Shown: piece by piece, positions 8,871 to 18,601 of the stretch
How the letters are laid out: every line of letters begins with the position of its first letter
How positions within the stretch are numbered: position 1 is the first letter of the stretch
Assembly: GCA_963799845.1 (NCBI GenBank)
Contig: CAWCYI010000005.1
Location: 1 to 64,000, forward strand
Length of the DNA: 64,000 nucleotides
Direction of reading: 5' to 3'
From: an uncultured Nitrososphaerota archaeon
GTDB taxonomy: Archaea > Thermoproteota > Nitrososphaeria > Nitrososphaerales > CADDZS01
The notes under the pieces: model-generated
What the model was told of the DNA's origin: nothing
The model's input: only the letters and a program-made list of their open reading frames with translations
The model's database searches: none
Translations under genes and position numbers: made by a program

Positions 8871-10485
8871 CGGAATCAGGCCAGCGGGTTACCAATTGGT
8901 CCCACTGACCAAGATTCTTGTAAATGGCCTCAATGGGGTCCTCATTGCCGATGGTGTTGGCGTTGGAAAGACGATCTCATCCTCCTATATCGCGTCATAT
9001 TCATCGTTGAAAATTGGAAAACCTAGTCTAGTCGTGTGTCCACCGGGCCTTATCCAAAAGTGGTTGGAGGAACTTCGCAATAAATTTGGAATAACCTCAT
9101 TTCCAATAAGATCGAATGAGGATTTGTTCACTGCTAAAGACGAGGCAGTTCATCTGCGTCGCGGAAAGCCCATCGTCTATGTAATGTCTAATTCTGTATT
9201 GAGCGTTGCAAATGTTCGGAATTGTCCTTCTTTGGGGGCAATCCTTTTCGATGAAATCCATACGTATCGCAACTTCAAAGCACAATGGTTTTCGGCAGCT
9301 AAAGGATTCTCTACTAGAGCAGAATTCAGAGTTGGGCTGAGCGCGACTCCAATCAACAATTCTCTGGACGACCTTGTATCCGAATTGAACATATTGCTTC
9401 CCTCATTTTCTTGGGAAGCTATCCAAGCGACTGTTCAAGAGCTTTGGGCGAAGGACCCAAATCGACTTACTTTCCCACTCGTTACCCGATTTACAAAGGA
9501 AAAACTTGGAATTCATTTTGCCAGTCGGAAAATCACTACACGCATTGTAAGATACCCTGAGGCTTACGTCCGAGCAGTGAGAAAAAAGATCAGTGAAATT
9601 CAGTCTCATAGAGAAAGATCTTCGATTTATGAGGTGATAACCTACTATCGCATGGCAGCAAGCAGTCCTTACTGCTTTGAGAAAGCCCTACACATCGAAC
9701 TCGATTCAGAATCTGATACCAAAATGAAGGCATTGATTGAGATTCTCGCTGAAATGAATGTTATTACTCAATGGTTGATCTTCTGTGAGTATGAAGAAAC
9801 GGTAAATTTTCTTGCGGATAATCTCAGTGACTGGACTGTATTCAAAATGACGGGAAGTACGCCAGTTTTCGAAAGAGATGAAGTGGTTCGAGCTTTTCGT
9901 TCGACTCCTCGCTCACTTCTTATCATGACATCGGTGGGCTCCGAGGGGTTGGATTTTCAATTCTGCCAAGCTCTAGTGAACTACGATATGCATTGGAATC
10001 CAATGAGAATCGAGCAAAGAATTGGTCGCATCGATCGTCTCGGTCAAGACAAAGATGAGGTATTTGTAGTGAATCTATTGGTATCTGAGAGCATCGATGC
10101 AAGGATACTTGGAGTCATGAAAAGAAAATTGGGAATAATTATGAATTCAATCTTCTCGATAAGTGAAATCTTAGGAGACGTCTCATTAGTTGCGCCTCCC
10201 AGTCAACCCAACCTATTTGATCAATCAACGTTAGATTTTGAATTGAAAGAAAGCAACGAGTTTATGTCGATGATAAAGAATAACCGGAAGTTGGGGAATG
10301 AGGATTATGAAATCTTGTCTGCTATTAATGCCGAATATTGTCTCCCGAACAATCTGATCGAAGTTGCTAATATGCAGGGAGAAGAGATTCCTTGGACAAC
10401 AAAAGGAAAGGTCTGGGAATCATGGCTTCATGAAATTCAATTGGCAACAGATGAACTCAGGCAATTGTTTCTCTACTATTCTTAG
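8854..10485 (+). CDS. SNF2-family (SF2) helicase/ATPase
   Basis: LIADGVGVGKT, FDEIH, LSATPINN, SEGLDFQ, NYDMHWNPMRIEQRIGRIDRLGQ. Confidence 0.92.
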   Translation: MNLKYNGIRPAGYQLVPLTKILVNGLNGVLIADGVGVGKTISSSYIASYSSLKIGKPSLVVCPPGLIQKWLEELRNKFGITSFPIRSNEDLFTAKDEAVHLRRGKPIVYVMSNSVLSVANVRNCPSLGAILFDEIHTYRNFKAQWFSAAKGFSTRAEFRVGLSATPINNSLDDLVSELNILLPSFSWEAIQATVQELWAKDPNRLTFPLVTRFTKEKLGIHFASRKITTRIVRYPEAYVRAVRKKISEIQSHRERSSIYEVITYYRMAASSPYCFEKALHIELDSESDTKMKALIEILAEMNVITQWLIFCEYEETVNFLADNLSDWTVFKMTGSTPVFERDEVVRAFRSTPRSLLIMTSVGSEGLDFQFCQALVNYDMHWNPMRIEQRIGRIDRLGQDKDEVFVVNLLVSESIDARILGVMKRKLGIIMNSIFSISEILGDVSLVAPPSQPNLFDQSTLDFELKESNEFMSMIKNNRKLGNEDYEILSAINAEYCLPNNLIEVANMQGEEIPWTTKGKVWESWLHEIQLATDELRQLFLYYS

Positions 10486-10507
10486 TTTCTTCCGGAAGGT
10501 CCGAGAA

Positions 10508-11506
10508 ATGAGAGCTTCGACCGTTGATTCGAGGGATATCCCCCAAGCAGACTTATTGCAAAAGGTGATCAAAACTGTTGAAGCTGTATCCGACGAAAGG
10601 GATTCCTACCAAGAGATCGCTAACTATCTTGGAGTAGTAGAGAGACAGGGAAGATACTATAGGAGGGCTGCAGAATTACTTGAATTCATCGTCCCCGCTG
10701 GAGTGGGTTGGAATTCTTCGATAATAACTGAACTTGGTAAAGAAATTCTGATTGCGGACGAATCGGTCAGAAATAGAATACTAACTAAGCAGATTCTAAG
10801 GATTCCTGTGATTCAAGGGGTTATTGCGATGCTAATAGGTTCTGATTCTTCAGCGAATAAGACCGATTTAGCTACCGCCATAAGGATATGGTCGGGAACG
10901 ACAGAAATCATGGCCAAGCGACGTTTGGTAACAGTTCTTTCCTGGCTCTCTACGGTCGGGTTAATCGAGAGAGACAACCGTGATGTGATTCTCATCGCAA
11001 AACCGCAGCAATTGGGACTCCTGCGACTTTCTGATATCGAACTTCCAATACTTCCTAAAATAAATGACGTTAAGTTGTTCTCTGCTGCGGTTAGAAAACT
11101 AAAGGAATCTCGTTTCGAAATTAGGCGAGAGATTCAACGAGCTTCGAAGGATCGCTCAGGACCCGAGCACGAAAAACTAAGAGATCTTCTGGCATCTAGA
11201 TTGTGGACATCTGGATCATATTCGTTATGCAATGATTTCATTGACCTTGCCGCAAGATTTGATCAGAAGGATTACTTGTTTGAGGTAACGATCAGTGATT
11301 TGCGAAATAACTACACGCCAAGTGAAATGTTTCAATATTTGGAGGGTGACAACGAGCTAGAATCACTTACTGCTGGGCTTGTGATTTGTTCGGATAAGAC
11401 TGAAGGATCTGAAAGACCAAACGAAAAAGGTCGAGCAGTGATTTGGCCCTCTAATGACGGAAAATTCTCTGTTAGCCCTAGCAGCAACAATCTACCATTC
11501 CTTTGA
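10508..11506 (+). CDS. wHTH plus PD-(D/E)xK restriction-endonuclease-like protein, probably inactive paralogue
   Basis: IPQAD...ERQGRYYRRAAELL N-domain; C-terminal IDL...YLFEVTIS lacks the Lys of ExK; ATG at 10508 preferred over 10364. Confidence 0.7.
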   Translation: MRASTVDSRDIPQADLLQKVIKTVEAVSDERDSYQEIANYLGVVERQGRYYRRAAELLEFIVPAGVGWNSSIITELGKEILIADESVRNRILTKQILRIPVIQGVIAMLIGSDSSANKTDLATAIRIWSGTTEIMAKRRLVTVLSWLSTVGLIERDNRDVILIAKPQQLGLLRLSDIELPILPKINDVKLFSAAVRKLKESRFEIRREIQRASKDRSGPEHEKLRDLLASRLWTSGSYSLCNDFIDLAARFDQKDYLFEVTISDLRNNYTPSEMFQYLEGDNELESLTAGLVICSDKTEGSERPNEKGRAVIWPSNDGKFSVSPSSNNLPFL

Positions 11507-11611
11507 CTTTGGAATAGCTGATAATTTATGAGGATATGTCCAGACCGCTAGTATCTCTTTGTTCTTAGAATATTAGAAGAAGAACGAACTTCTTAATAGC
11601 GATGCGTAAAC

Positions 11612-12514
11612 ATGCGGACGCAGGATATCGTGCCTAAGTCGCAGGTTGAGCAGACAGTAATCCAACAACATTTGGACGATTATAGACCACTGAAAAAACC
11701 GTTCCTCAAATGGGCGGGAGGCAAGGCGCGACTCATAGACGAGATAGCGTCCGTGATGCCGACTAATTATGAAAAATATGTTGAACCTTTTCTTGGTGGT
11801 GGATCGGTCTTCTTTCGGTTGTGCAACGGAAGGTCGATTCTTTCAGATTCTAATACAGAATTAATGAATTGTTACAAAATTGTCAAGTCGAAAGTTGATG
11901 ACCTGATAGTTTCTTTAGACTTCTTCAAGGGTATGAAGTATGACGAGAAAACTTACTACGATGTTAGGAAATTAGACGAGAAAGACTTGTCTGAAGTTGA
12001 CAGAGCGGCTAGATTCATCTATCTCAATCGAACGGCGTATAACGGACTCTACAGAGTAAATCATTCAGGGCAATTCAATGTGCCCTTCGCCAGATACAAG
12101 AGTTTGGCTTTACCCTCTGATAAAATTCTTACAGAGGCAAGTGACGCGCTTAGAAGCTCAAAATTGATTTGCGCAGATTTTGAAGAGGTCTTACGAAAAT
12201 ATTCGGAGTCCGATGATTTTGTTTTTCTGGACCCCCCATATCCTGCCGTCAGCAAATATTCAGATTTTAATCGTTACACGAAGAATTTTTTCACTAAGGA
12301 TGATCATCGTAGACTTGGCAAACTCGTCCTAGACTTGGATGATAAAGGATGTAAAATCGTTATAACGAACGCCGAACACCCTTTGATTAGAGAAATATAT
12401 TCGGACGATAGGTTTGTGATAAAGACAGTTCTTGCGCCGCGATTCATAAATTGTAAAGGAGACAAAAGAGGAAATGTCCCTGAGTTACTCATCCGAAATA
12501 AATGGACTAATTAG
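11612..12514 (+). CDS. Dam-like N6-adenine DNA methyltransferase (M1)
   Basis: KPFLKWAGGK, EPFLGGGS, YNGLYRVN..GQFNVP, FLDPPY. Confidence 0.95.
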   Translation: MRTQDIVPKSQVEQTVIQQHLDDYRPLKKPFLKWAGGKARLIDEIASVMPTNYEKYVEPFLGGGSVFFRLCNGRSILSDSNTELMNCYKIVKSKVDDLIVSLDFFKGMKYDEKTYYDVRKLDEKDLSEVDRAARFIYLNRTAYNGLYRVNHSGQFNVPFARYKSLALPSDKILTEASDALRSSKLICADFEEVLRKYSESDDFVFLDPPYPAVSKYSDFNRYTKNFFTKDDHRRLGKLVLDLDDKGCKIVITNAEHPLIREIYSDDRFVIKTVLAPRFINCKGDKRGNVPELLIRNKWTN

Positions 12515-13529
12515 CGAATCTAACTTCCCACCGACTAAGTTCATGGGAAGCAAGCAGGCTTTACTTCCTTTCATATTCGAACACATAGGTAAGCTGAAAT
12601 TTGACACTGTTCTTGATGCCTTTTCGGGTTCTGGATGTGTGGCATACGAATTCAAACTACTTGGAAAGACCGTGACAACCAACGATTACTTGCATTTCTC
12701 TTACACAATTTCCAAGGCGTTGATCGAAAATAACAACTTCAAGCTGGATGACAAGTTTCGTGACGTTATCATGCGCGAGCGAAAAGACGCGGACACCAAG
12801 GTTCGAGATAATTATGAAATTTACTTTTCGAAATCGGAGTGCATGTTTCTAGACTCCCTGTGGAAAAATATTTCAGAAATTGAGAACGAATATCTTCGTA
12901 GCATCGCAATCGCCGCTACATGCCGCGCCTGTCAAAAGCGATACCCACGAGGCATATTCACCGTAACTCAAGGAAAAGGAAAGGATGGAAGAAAGGACTT
13001 TCGAACCAACCTGCGACAGCACTTCAAGAATGCGCTCCAATTGTACAATGGAGCTGTTTTTGATAACGGGTGTCGCAATGAGGCATTATGCATGGACACA
13101 TTGAAGATGGAAAAAAGGGGCTTCGATCTCGTTTATTTCGATCCGCCATATTGGAGTCCATTCTCAGACAATGACTACGTGCGTCGTTATCACTTCGTCG
13201 AAGGATATTCTGTCTATTGGGATGGTTTGAGCATCAACGAAAAAACGAAGACGAAGAAGTTCGACTCGTATTTCTCGCCGTTTTCGAAATTACAGAACGC
13301 GAAAAATGCGCTTCGAACCCTTTTTGACAGGTATTCCGACTCGATTCTCGTCGTCTCTTATTCTTCGAACAGTTCTCCCGACAAGACGGAGCTTTACGAC
13401 ATGTTGAGTGACGTGAAGAAGGACGTGAAAGTTTTCGAAAAAGACCATACTTACTCGTTTGGAAACCAAGGATTCCGAAAAGGAGACAATAGAAACCGTG
13501 TTCAAGAGTACCTTTTTGTCGCACAGTAA
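12474..13529 (+). CDS. D12-class N6-adenine DNA methyltransferase (M2, FokI/NlaIII-like)
   Basis: KFMGSK, DAFSGSG, YFDPPY, DYVRRYHFVEG, VSYSS; exact start uncertain. Confidence 0.92.
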   Translation: MSLSYSSEINGLISESNFPPTKFMGSKQALLPFIFEHIGKLKFDTVLDAFSGSGCVAYEFKLLGKTVTTNDYLHFSYTISKALIENNNFKLDDKFRDVIMRERKDADTKVRDNYEIYFSKSECMFLDSLWKNISEIENEYLRSIAIAATCRACQKRYPRGIFTVTQGKGKDGRKDFRTNLRQHFKNALQLYNGAVFDNGCRNEALCMDTLKMEKRGFDLVYFDPPYWSPFSDNDYVRRYHFVEGYSVYWDGLSINEKTKTKKFDSYFSPFSKLQNAKNALRTLFDRYSDSILVVSYSSNSSPDKTELYDMLSDVKKDVKVFEKDHTYSFGNQGFRKGDNRNRVQEYLFVAQ

Positions 13530-13541
13530 TGGGCAGAGATA

Positions 13542-14567
13542 TTGTCGTTAGATACAGCTGGTTATCCTCAAGCAGACAAGTTAGAAAATGTAATTCTCAC
13601 CGTAGAAGCTATCAACGAAGGTTATCATTCTGATCGAGAAATTGGTATCCAGCTGGGATTAGAACGTGGAAGATCATACGACGAAAGACAAGGAAGATAC
13701 CATCGAAAAGCAACTGAATTACTTGGTCTGACGAGGCGCGCATCGGAAAACCATTCGGTTGTCACTCAATCTGGTACTGTGTTTCTACGGAGCGACCAAC
13801 AAACAAGACGCGAGATGCTTACAGAAAGGGTGGTCAATCTTCCAGTTTTCAGAAATATTTTGGCAATGCTGGAAAGTTCGGGTGGGCGGACGTCCACTAC
13901 ATCAATCGAAAATTCACTAAGAGTTATGGCAGATACCACAGCATCGATGGCGCATCGACGACAGCAGACAATGACCTCGTGGCTAAACGATTTAGGCATA
14001 ACAAGAAAAACAGGTAACACGGTCATTCTTGAAGACATTCCTGCTTCAGTGCAGAGTATAGAAGTTCCTGACATCAACATTCCCGTTTTACCGAGAGCGG
14101 GTGACTTGAGACGTTTTGAGGAAGTCAATCGAAGAGTATCTTTAGCGCGTGAAACAATTATCCATCGAATCGATGCTGCTCTGATGGAACGACGAAATGC
14201 AACCCATCAGAGACTCACCAATCTGATGTCCGCCAAAATACGTCGAGCTGGCGCAGTGCCGACCTACAATGGACTAATCGACTTAGCTACTCACATTGAG
14301 AATCATGACTACATCATCGAAGTGAAGTCATCTGTAACAAGAATGCGAAATCAAATTCGCCGAGGAATTTCGCAACTTTACGAGTATAGGTATCTCCAGG
14401 GGCTACCTAACGCGAGGCTCGTTCTATTCATAGAAAGACAATTGGATCGAGAAGACCGTTGGATGCTTGATTATGTCATACATGATAGAGGTATATGCAT
14501 TGTTTGGGATGATAGGGAAAACGAATTGTTCACTTTAGATGCATGCGAAGACCTGCCTTTTCTGTAA
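13542..14567 (+). CDS. wHTH plus PD-(D/E)xK restriction endonuclease, apparently active paralogue
   Basis: YPQAD...ERQGRYHRKATELL; catalytic IDL...IIEVKSS and QIRRGISQLYEY. Confidence 0.8.
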   Translation: MSLDTAGYPQADKLENVILTVEAINEGYHSDREIGIQLGLERGRSYDERQGRYHRKATELLGLTRRASENHSVVTQSGTVFLRSDQQTRREMLTERVVNLPVFRNILAMLESSGGRTSTTSIENSLRVMADTTASMAHRRQQTMTSWLNDLGITRKTGNTVILEDIPASVQSIEVPDINIPVLPRAGDLRRFEEVNRRVSLARETIIHRIDAALMERRNATHQRLTNLMSAKIRRAGAVPTYNGLIDLATHIENHDYIIEVKSSVTRMRNQIRRGISQLYEYRYLQGLPNARLVLFIERQLDREDRWMLDYVIHDRGICIVWDDRENELFTLDACEDLPFL

Positions 14568-14873
14568 CAAATACCGGGTTTACTCTGATGAAATTGATTG
14601 CTGCTAGGATGCTGCTGGTTCTTCAACTTTAATAATTCGTAAAATTCGTACCTGCCCGCACTTGAGGGTGCGTATGAGGATGTCTAGCAAAAAGAAAAAA
14701 TCTGAAAAACCAAATGGGAAACCAGCTGACCCGTTTAAAGGAAAGTTCACAGAAATTTCTGCCATCCCGGGCAGTACAGTAGTTCCGAATGAAGAAGGAA
14801 AACGACTTGTTTACTAAGGATGGGTCTTATGACTCTCATATCCGTCTAGGAGACATCGAAAATGGCATCGAAA

Positions 14874-15317
14874 TTATGATCGAGTGATGAAGAAGGCGCC
14901 AATGAAGCGACTGAATTTCTCAATCTTTACGGTTTCAACTATAAGGTAATGCCGGGGACATAGATCAACGGTTTTGCTCTGCCTCAGAGATGTCGACGCC
15001 TTGCCATTATCAGACAAAGAGATTCTGTAAATTAAATCTCCCGTAGATATTTTCCAAGCACTTTTCCAGCTCATGCCGGGCTGGGATCGATAAAGCTGTC
15101 TTGCGACTTGGCAACCAGAGAAATTAGGTATCTCAGCCACAAATAGATATTCGGAATCTGGGTTGCCATAGCAACCATGAAAGAAATCATACTCCTCAGA
15201 CGAACCATCTAGATTCCACCCGCGTTTCTTCCGTATCACCTCTTCCAGTAAGTTAGTAATATCGGTGGCTTTTGGAGTCTTTGATCTTATCCAAGGAATC
15301 ATCAAATTTTGATTCAT
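14874..15317 (-). pseudogene. Possible truncated uracil-DNA glycosylase-superfamily protein
   Basis: GCYGNPDSEYLFVAEIP resembles the UDG G.GN....L.FVGE.P motif; the C-terminal third looks non-homologous. Confidence 0.35.
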
Positions 15318-16113
15318 TTTGCATCAGGGTGAAATCTCGCAGGATTTTTGATTAACTTTCTGTTTGACTTGTTAACTCTGGTTCGATGATGGAAGAAGAA
15401 AGAGAACCCAGGGATGAAATAAAAGAGTCGGAGCTATGACAAGAGAACTTACTGAGCCCATTTGTCGAGTTGGGATATGATGAGGCTGACTCTCAATAAG
15501 AGGACCGAGGCGACACATATTACAGAGAAGGTTCTTGATCATTTGAAGACTCAACTTGAGAAATAATAGCTTGACTCCATTGCTTTTGAGGTAGTCAAAA
15601 TCCCATTTTGATAACTGAACAAAGTACTCGATCGCCGGTATGAGGCATTGATTCAGGTTCTAGAATTGGATTATTTAGGTCGATTTCGGGCAAAAACTGT
15701 AGAGTCACGAGAATGTTAGAGGCATGACACCCTGTAACGCTCTCCAGGCGTCTCGACCTGCTGTTAGATTATGTCGCAAGCGTCTGAGTTTCATCAAGTT
15801 AGCAACACAAAGGGCTCGGTTGCGTACGCTAAGAATCACGAAGGAAATAGGGAGCCCTTGAAAAAAGTGAGGCACAAAAGATCCTCGACATCTTGAGCAA
15901 GCGCTTCGTAAAGGCGAACTCTCAGGAATGTGAGGTAAACGCTATTCTAGACTTAAGATAGAGAGTTGGCGCTCCTATTCCCAAATCTCAAGAGCTCACC
16001 CAGGATCTTCGCATCAGCTTTGTCATTTTTTGGATCGAACCAGAGCCTGAGAATTGGACCAGGGGAAAGATAGAGATAGAACGCGGAGAAAAAGGAAAGG
16101 GAGATTAGCCCGG

Positions 16114-17506
16114 CTAGAGCTGACCCCACTTTTTGAGATAGTACTTTGTTGCTTCGTCTATCTCCTTGTCTCGATCTTTGTACAGAAGCTTCCCCGATTC
16201 CGGGTTCATGTCGATTGAGACTCTAGCCATATACGGAAGCAATCGGATGTTTTTTGAACCTCTAAACCCGTTCGGATTGAGATAAGCGAATTTCGTAATC
16301 TCGTTAGAGTGATTGATGAACACGTTGTTCGGTGGCAAAAAGAACACGGGTTCTTTGTCAGCTCCGTAATTCCCTTCTTGAATCGCTATCCCGTAATCAG
16401 TCTTCAAAGTACGCTTTGTATTTTGATCTGTACTTGATGAAGCGTGGACTTTGGAATATTCAGGAACTTGTTTTTCAGACTCTTTAGTTTCTGATTCCTG
16501 ACCGTCTTTTGTCTTTTCACCGAGTTTATTTTTGGAATCCTCGTTTCCCTTTCCGACCGCGATCTTTCCCTCTAGGTACAAGTTATGGTCTTTCATGTAG
16601 GCTTTGAGAAGATTGGAAAATGAACGGGTCAGAAGATCGTCAGCATGAGTTAGTGATTCTTCTTTCTTTGGGAATCTAGTTATGTACGTTTTTAGAGAAT
16701 CCATCAGAGATTGATATGCCTCATCTCTCTTCAATTCTTGTCTCGAAGTAGTAGGCGTTAATTCATCGTAGTTTAGCCATCCGGTGAATAGACGATTCGG
16801 GTCGACAAGTACCTGACAGATGTAGACATGCTGAACGTACAAATCTACAAATCCGACCATAGTATCTGAGACTTCGAGGTTTCCGGTAACTATTCCATTC
16901 TTTCCAATTTTGAAAAGAAGATTTTCTTCAGTATCCATCTTGACTTTTAACTTAGTACCGTTCAAAATTATCTCTGCGCCTTTTGCTATCCGCAGGCCGA
17001 AATACCTTTTGATATATTTGGCAAGCTCATCTATCGGCGGTACTCCTTCGGGATTCAGTATTATAATACGAGTACCTTGATGATCAAGATAATATCCCCT
17101 TTCCTTTTCATCCACGACAAAACCCTTTGCCGTCATCGAGATTTTTCGGTCAATATGGCCGTTGTTAGAAAGATAGTCGACATGTTCTTGGAGTCTAAGG
17201 AGAGATAGCTTTCCTAATCCTTTCCTTCCGATTGTATCTTGGTTTCTTGTTGTCTTTCCGTACTGACCGTATTTCCTGAACGTGTCTAGATCTTCAATGC
17301 CTTTTCCCCAATCTTCAAAAATTACTTCTTGTAAGGAAACTTCAAGCTCTATCTTGATGCATCTATCGCCTTCACTTTTGTCTATTGGTTCATCGAGAGA
17401 GTTTGAAATCGCTTCTCGGAAAGATTCCAAACTAGAAGGGTAGAGGTTAATAGCTGAATTCACGGATCAGATCGTCTCCCGGTATATGCTCTAATGTAGT
17501 AGGCAA
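16114..17506 (-). CDS. GHKL (MORC/Hsp90-like) ATPase
   Basis: REAISNSLD, EDWGKG, IGRKGLGKLS, GTRI; a one-base indel near 17450 would join the upstream TTG frame (PTTLEHIPGDDLIREFSY) to NLYPSS. Confidence 0.85.
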
Positions 17507-17510
17507 TTTT

Positions 17511-17744
17511 TTACTCCCTCTTCCCTTTCTTTGTATTCCGAGCCACGATCATATGAGCTGGAACATTCGTCTTTTCAATTTCTTCCGAAATAACAGCTAC
17601 TTGATGCTGATTTTCGGTTTCATGCGGTTTCTCTAATAGTTCATCAACGAGAAGTCTTTCCCAAGTTTTGTTTCCTTTTATCTTGAGAAGCTTCTCGAAC
17701 TTTTCATTCTCAAGAGTTAGGAATATCCTTCTTACCATTGTCAA
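17511..17744 (-). CDS. Ribbon-helix-helix/antitoxin-like regulator
   Basis: RRIFLTLENEKFEKLLKIKGNKTWERLL beta-alpha-alpha pattern; directly upstream of the GHKL gene. Confidence 0.6.
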   Translation of the reverse strand: MTMVRRIFLTLENEKFEKLLKIKGNKTWERLLVDELLEKPHETENQHQVAVISEEIEKTNVPAHMIVARNTKKGKRE

Positions 17745-18238
17745 GGCTCAACGATAGTATGATACTATCATACATAGAGTTAATATCGTCTTTGGTAGAC
17801 ATAGATGTCTCCCGTGAGAAAAAATTGAAAGGGATCTGTCCAAAGTGCGGAAAAGAAGGTACAATCGTAACTTATGGACATCCAGATAGACCAAATGATC
17901 AAAGATACATGACCTTCAAACATTATGAAAATGGCAAAAGTACTGATCACTATGCTGGTAGAGCGAGAAGCGAACAAGAGTTTTTCAAAACTTTGAGCCA
18001 AGAAGGAAATGGTAAGAAATCGAGCATTGATTTTCAAGAACAGCTAGGGGAATTGTGCGCTGAGCTTCGTCAATGGCTTTCAAGTTACGGCCCTAAGACA
18101 TCTTTGCGAATAGGCGTGATAACTAACAATCTTGACAGAATACTTACCAAGTACGAAAAAATTGAGAAAGAGGGAACAGTCGACAGGTTCACCGAAAAGT
18201 CTACCAAACCCCAGAATCTATCGAGAAAGGAAGGATAG
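17738..18238 (+). CDS. Zn-finger protein of archaeal mobile-element type
   Basis: CPKCGKEG...RYMTFKHY...DHYAG; true start probably downstream of 17738. Confidence 0.6.
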   Translation: MSRLNDSMILSYIELISSLVDIDVSREKKLKGICPKCGKEGTIVTYGHPDRPNDQRYMTFKHYENGKSTDHYAGRARSEQEFFKTLSQEGNGKKSSIDFQEQLGELCAELRQWLSSYGPKTSLRIGVITNNLDRILTKYEKIEKEGTVDRFTEKSTKPQNLSRKEG

Positions 18239-18243
18239 AATGC

Positions 18244-18456
18244 ATGACAGCCGGCTTATATTGGGAAAAACGAACATGCGAGAATTGCACACAAATCAAA
18301 CGGTGTTATCCGGTTGATCTCCTTGTCCCCGTTGTATTGAAGTTTAAGACTTTTTGGTACTGTGCGAAATGTTGCAAAATCTTGAATCAAACAATTGTCA
18401 AGAACGAAAGATCGGGTTCTTTCGGAATCAGAGGCAAAAGATTGAGAGCTGTATAG
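18244..18456 (+). CDS. Small Cys-rich Zn-finger protein
   Basis: CENC...C...YCAKCC; 5 bp after the previous ORF. Confidence 0.55.
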   Translation: MTAGLYWEKRTCENCTQIKRCYPVDLLVPVVLKFKTFWYCAKCCKILNQTIVKNERSGSFGIRGKRLRAV

Positions 18457-18601
18457 TCATATTTTGCTCATCCCACGAAGGTTAACAAAAATTTTATCTC
18501 ATAGCAAGTTACCAGTTCCCACTGATTTCCACCCCTACAACTTTTTGCTCATATTCTGTGGAAAGATGGAGAAATATTAGACCGTTGTTGCTTCGAAGGG
18601 C

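Noticed and set aside
7085-14567. Calling the cluster DISARM
   Set aside because: SNF2 and an adenine MTase are present, but no DrmA helicase, DUF1998 (DrmB) or PLD (DrmC).
15372-16100. Possible IS remnant or ncRNA in the long intergenic stretch
   Set aside because: No terminal inverted repeats, transposase motifs or convincing structure found by eye.
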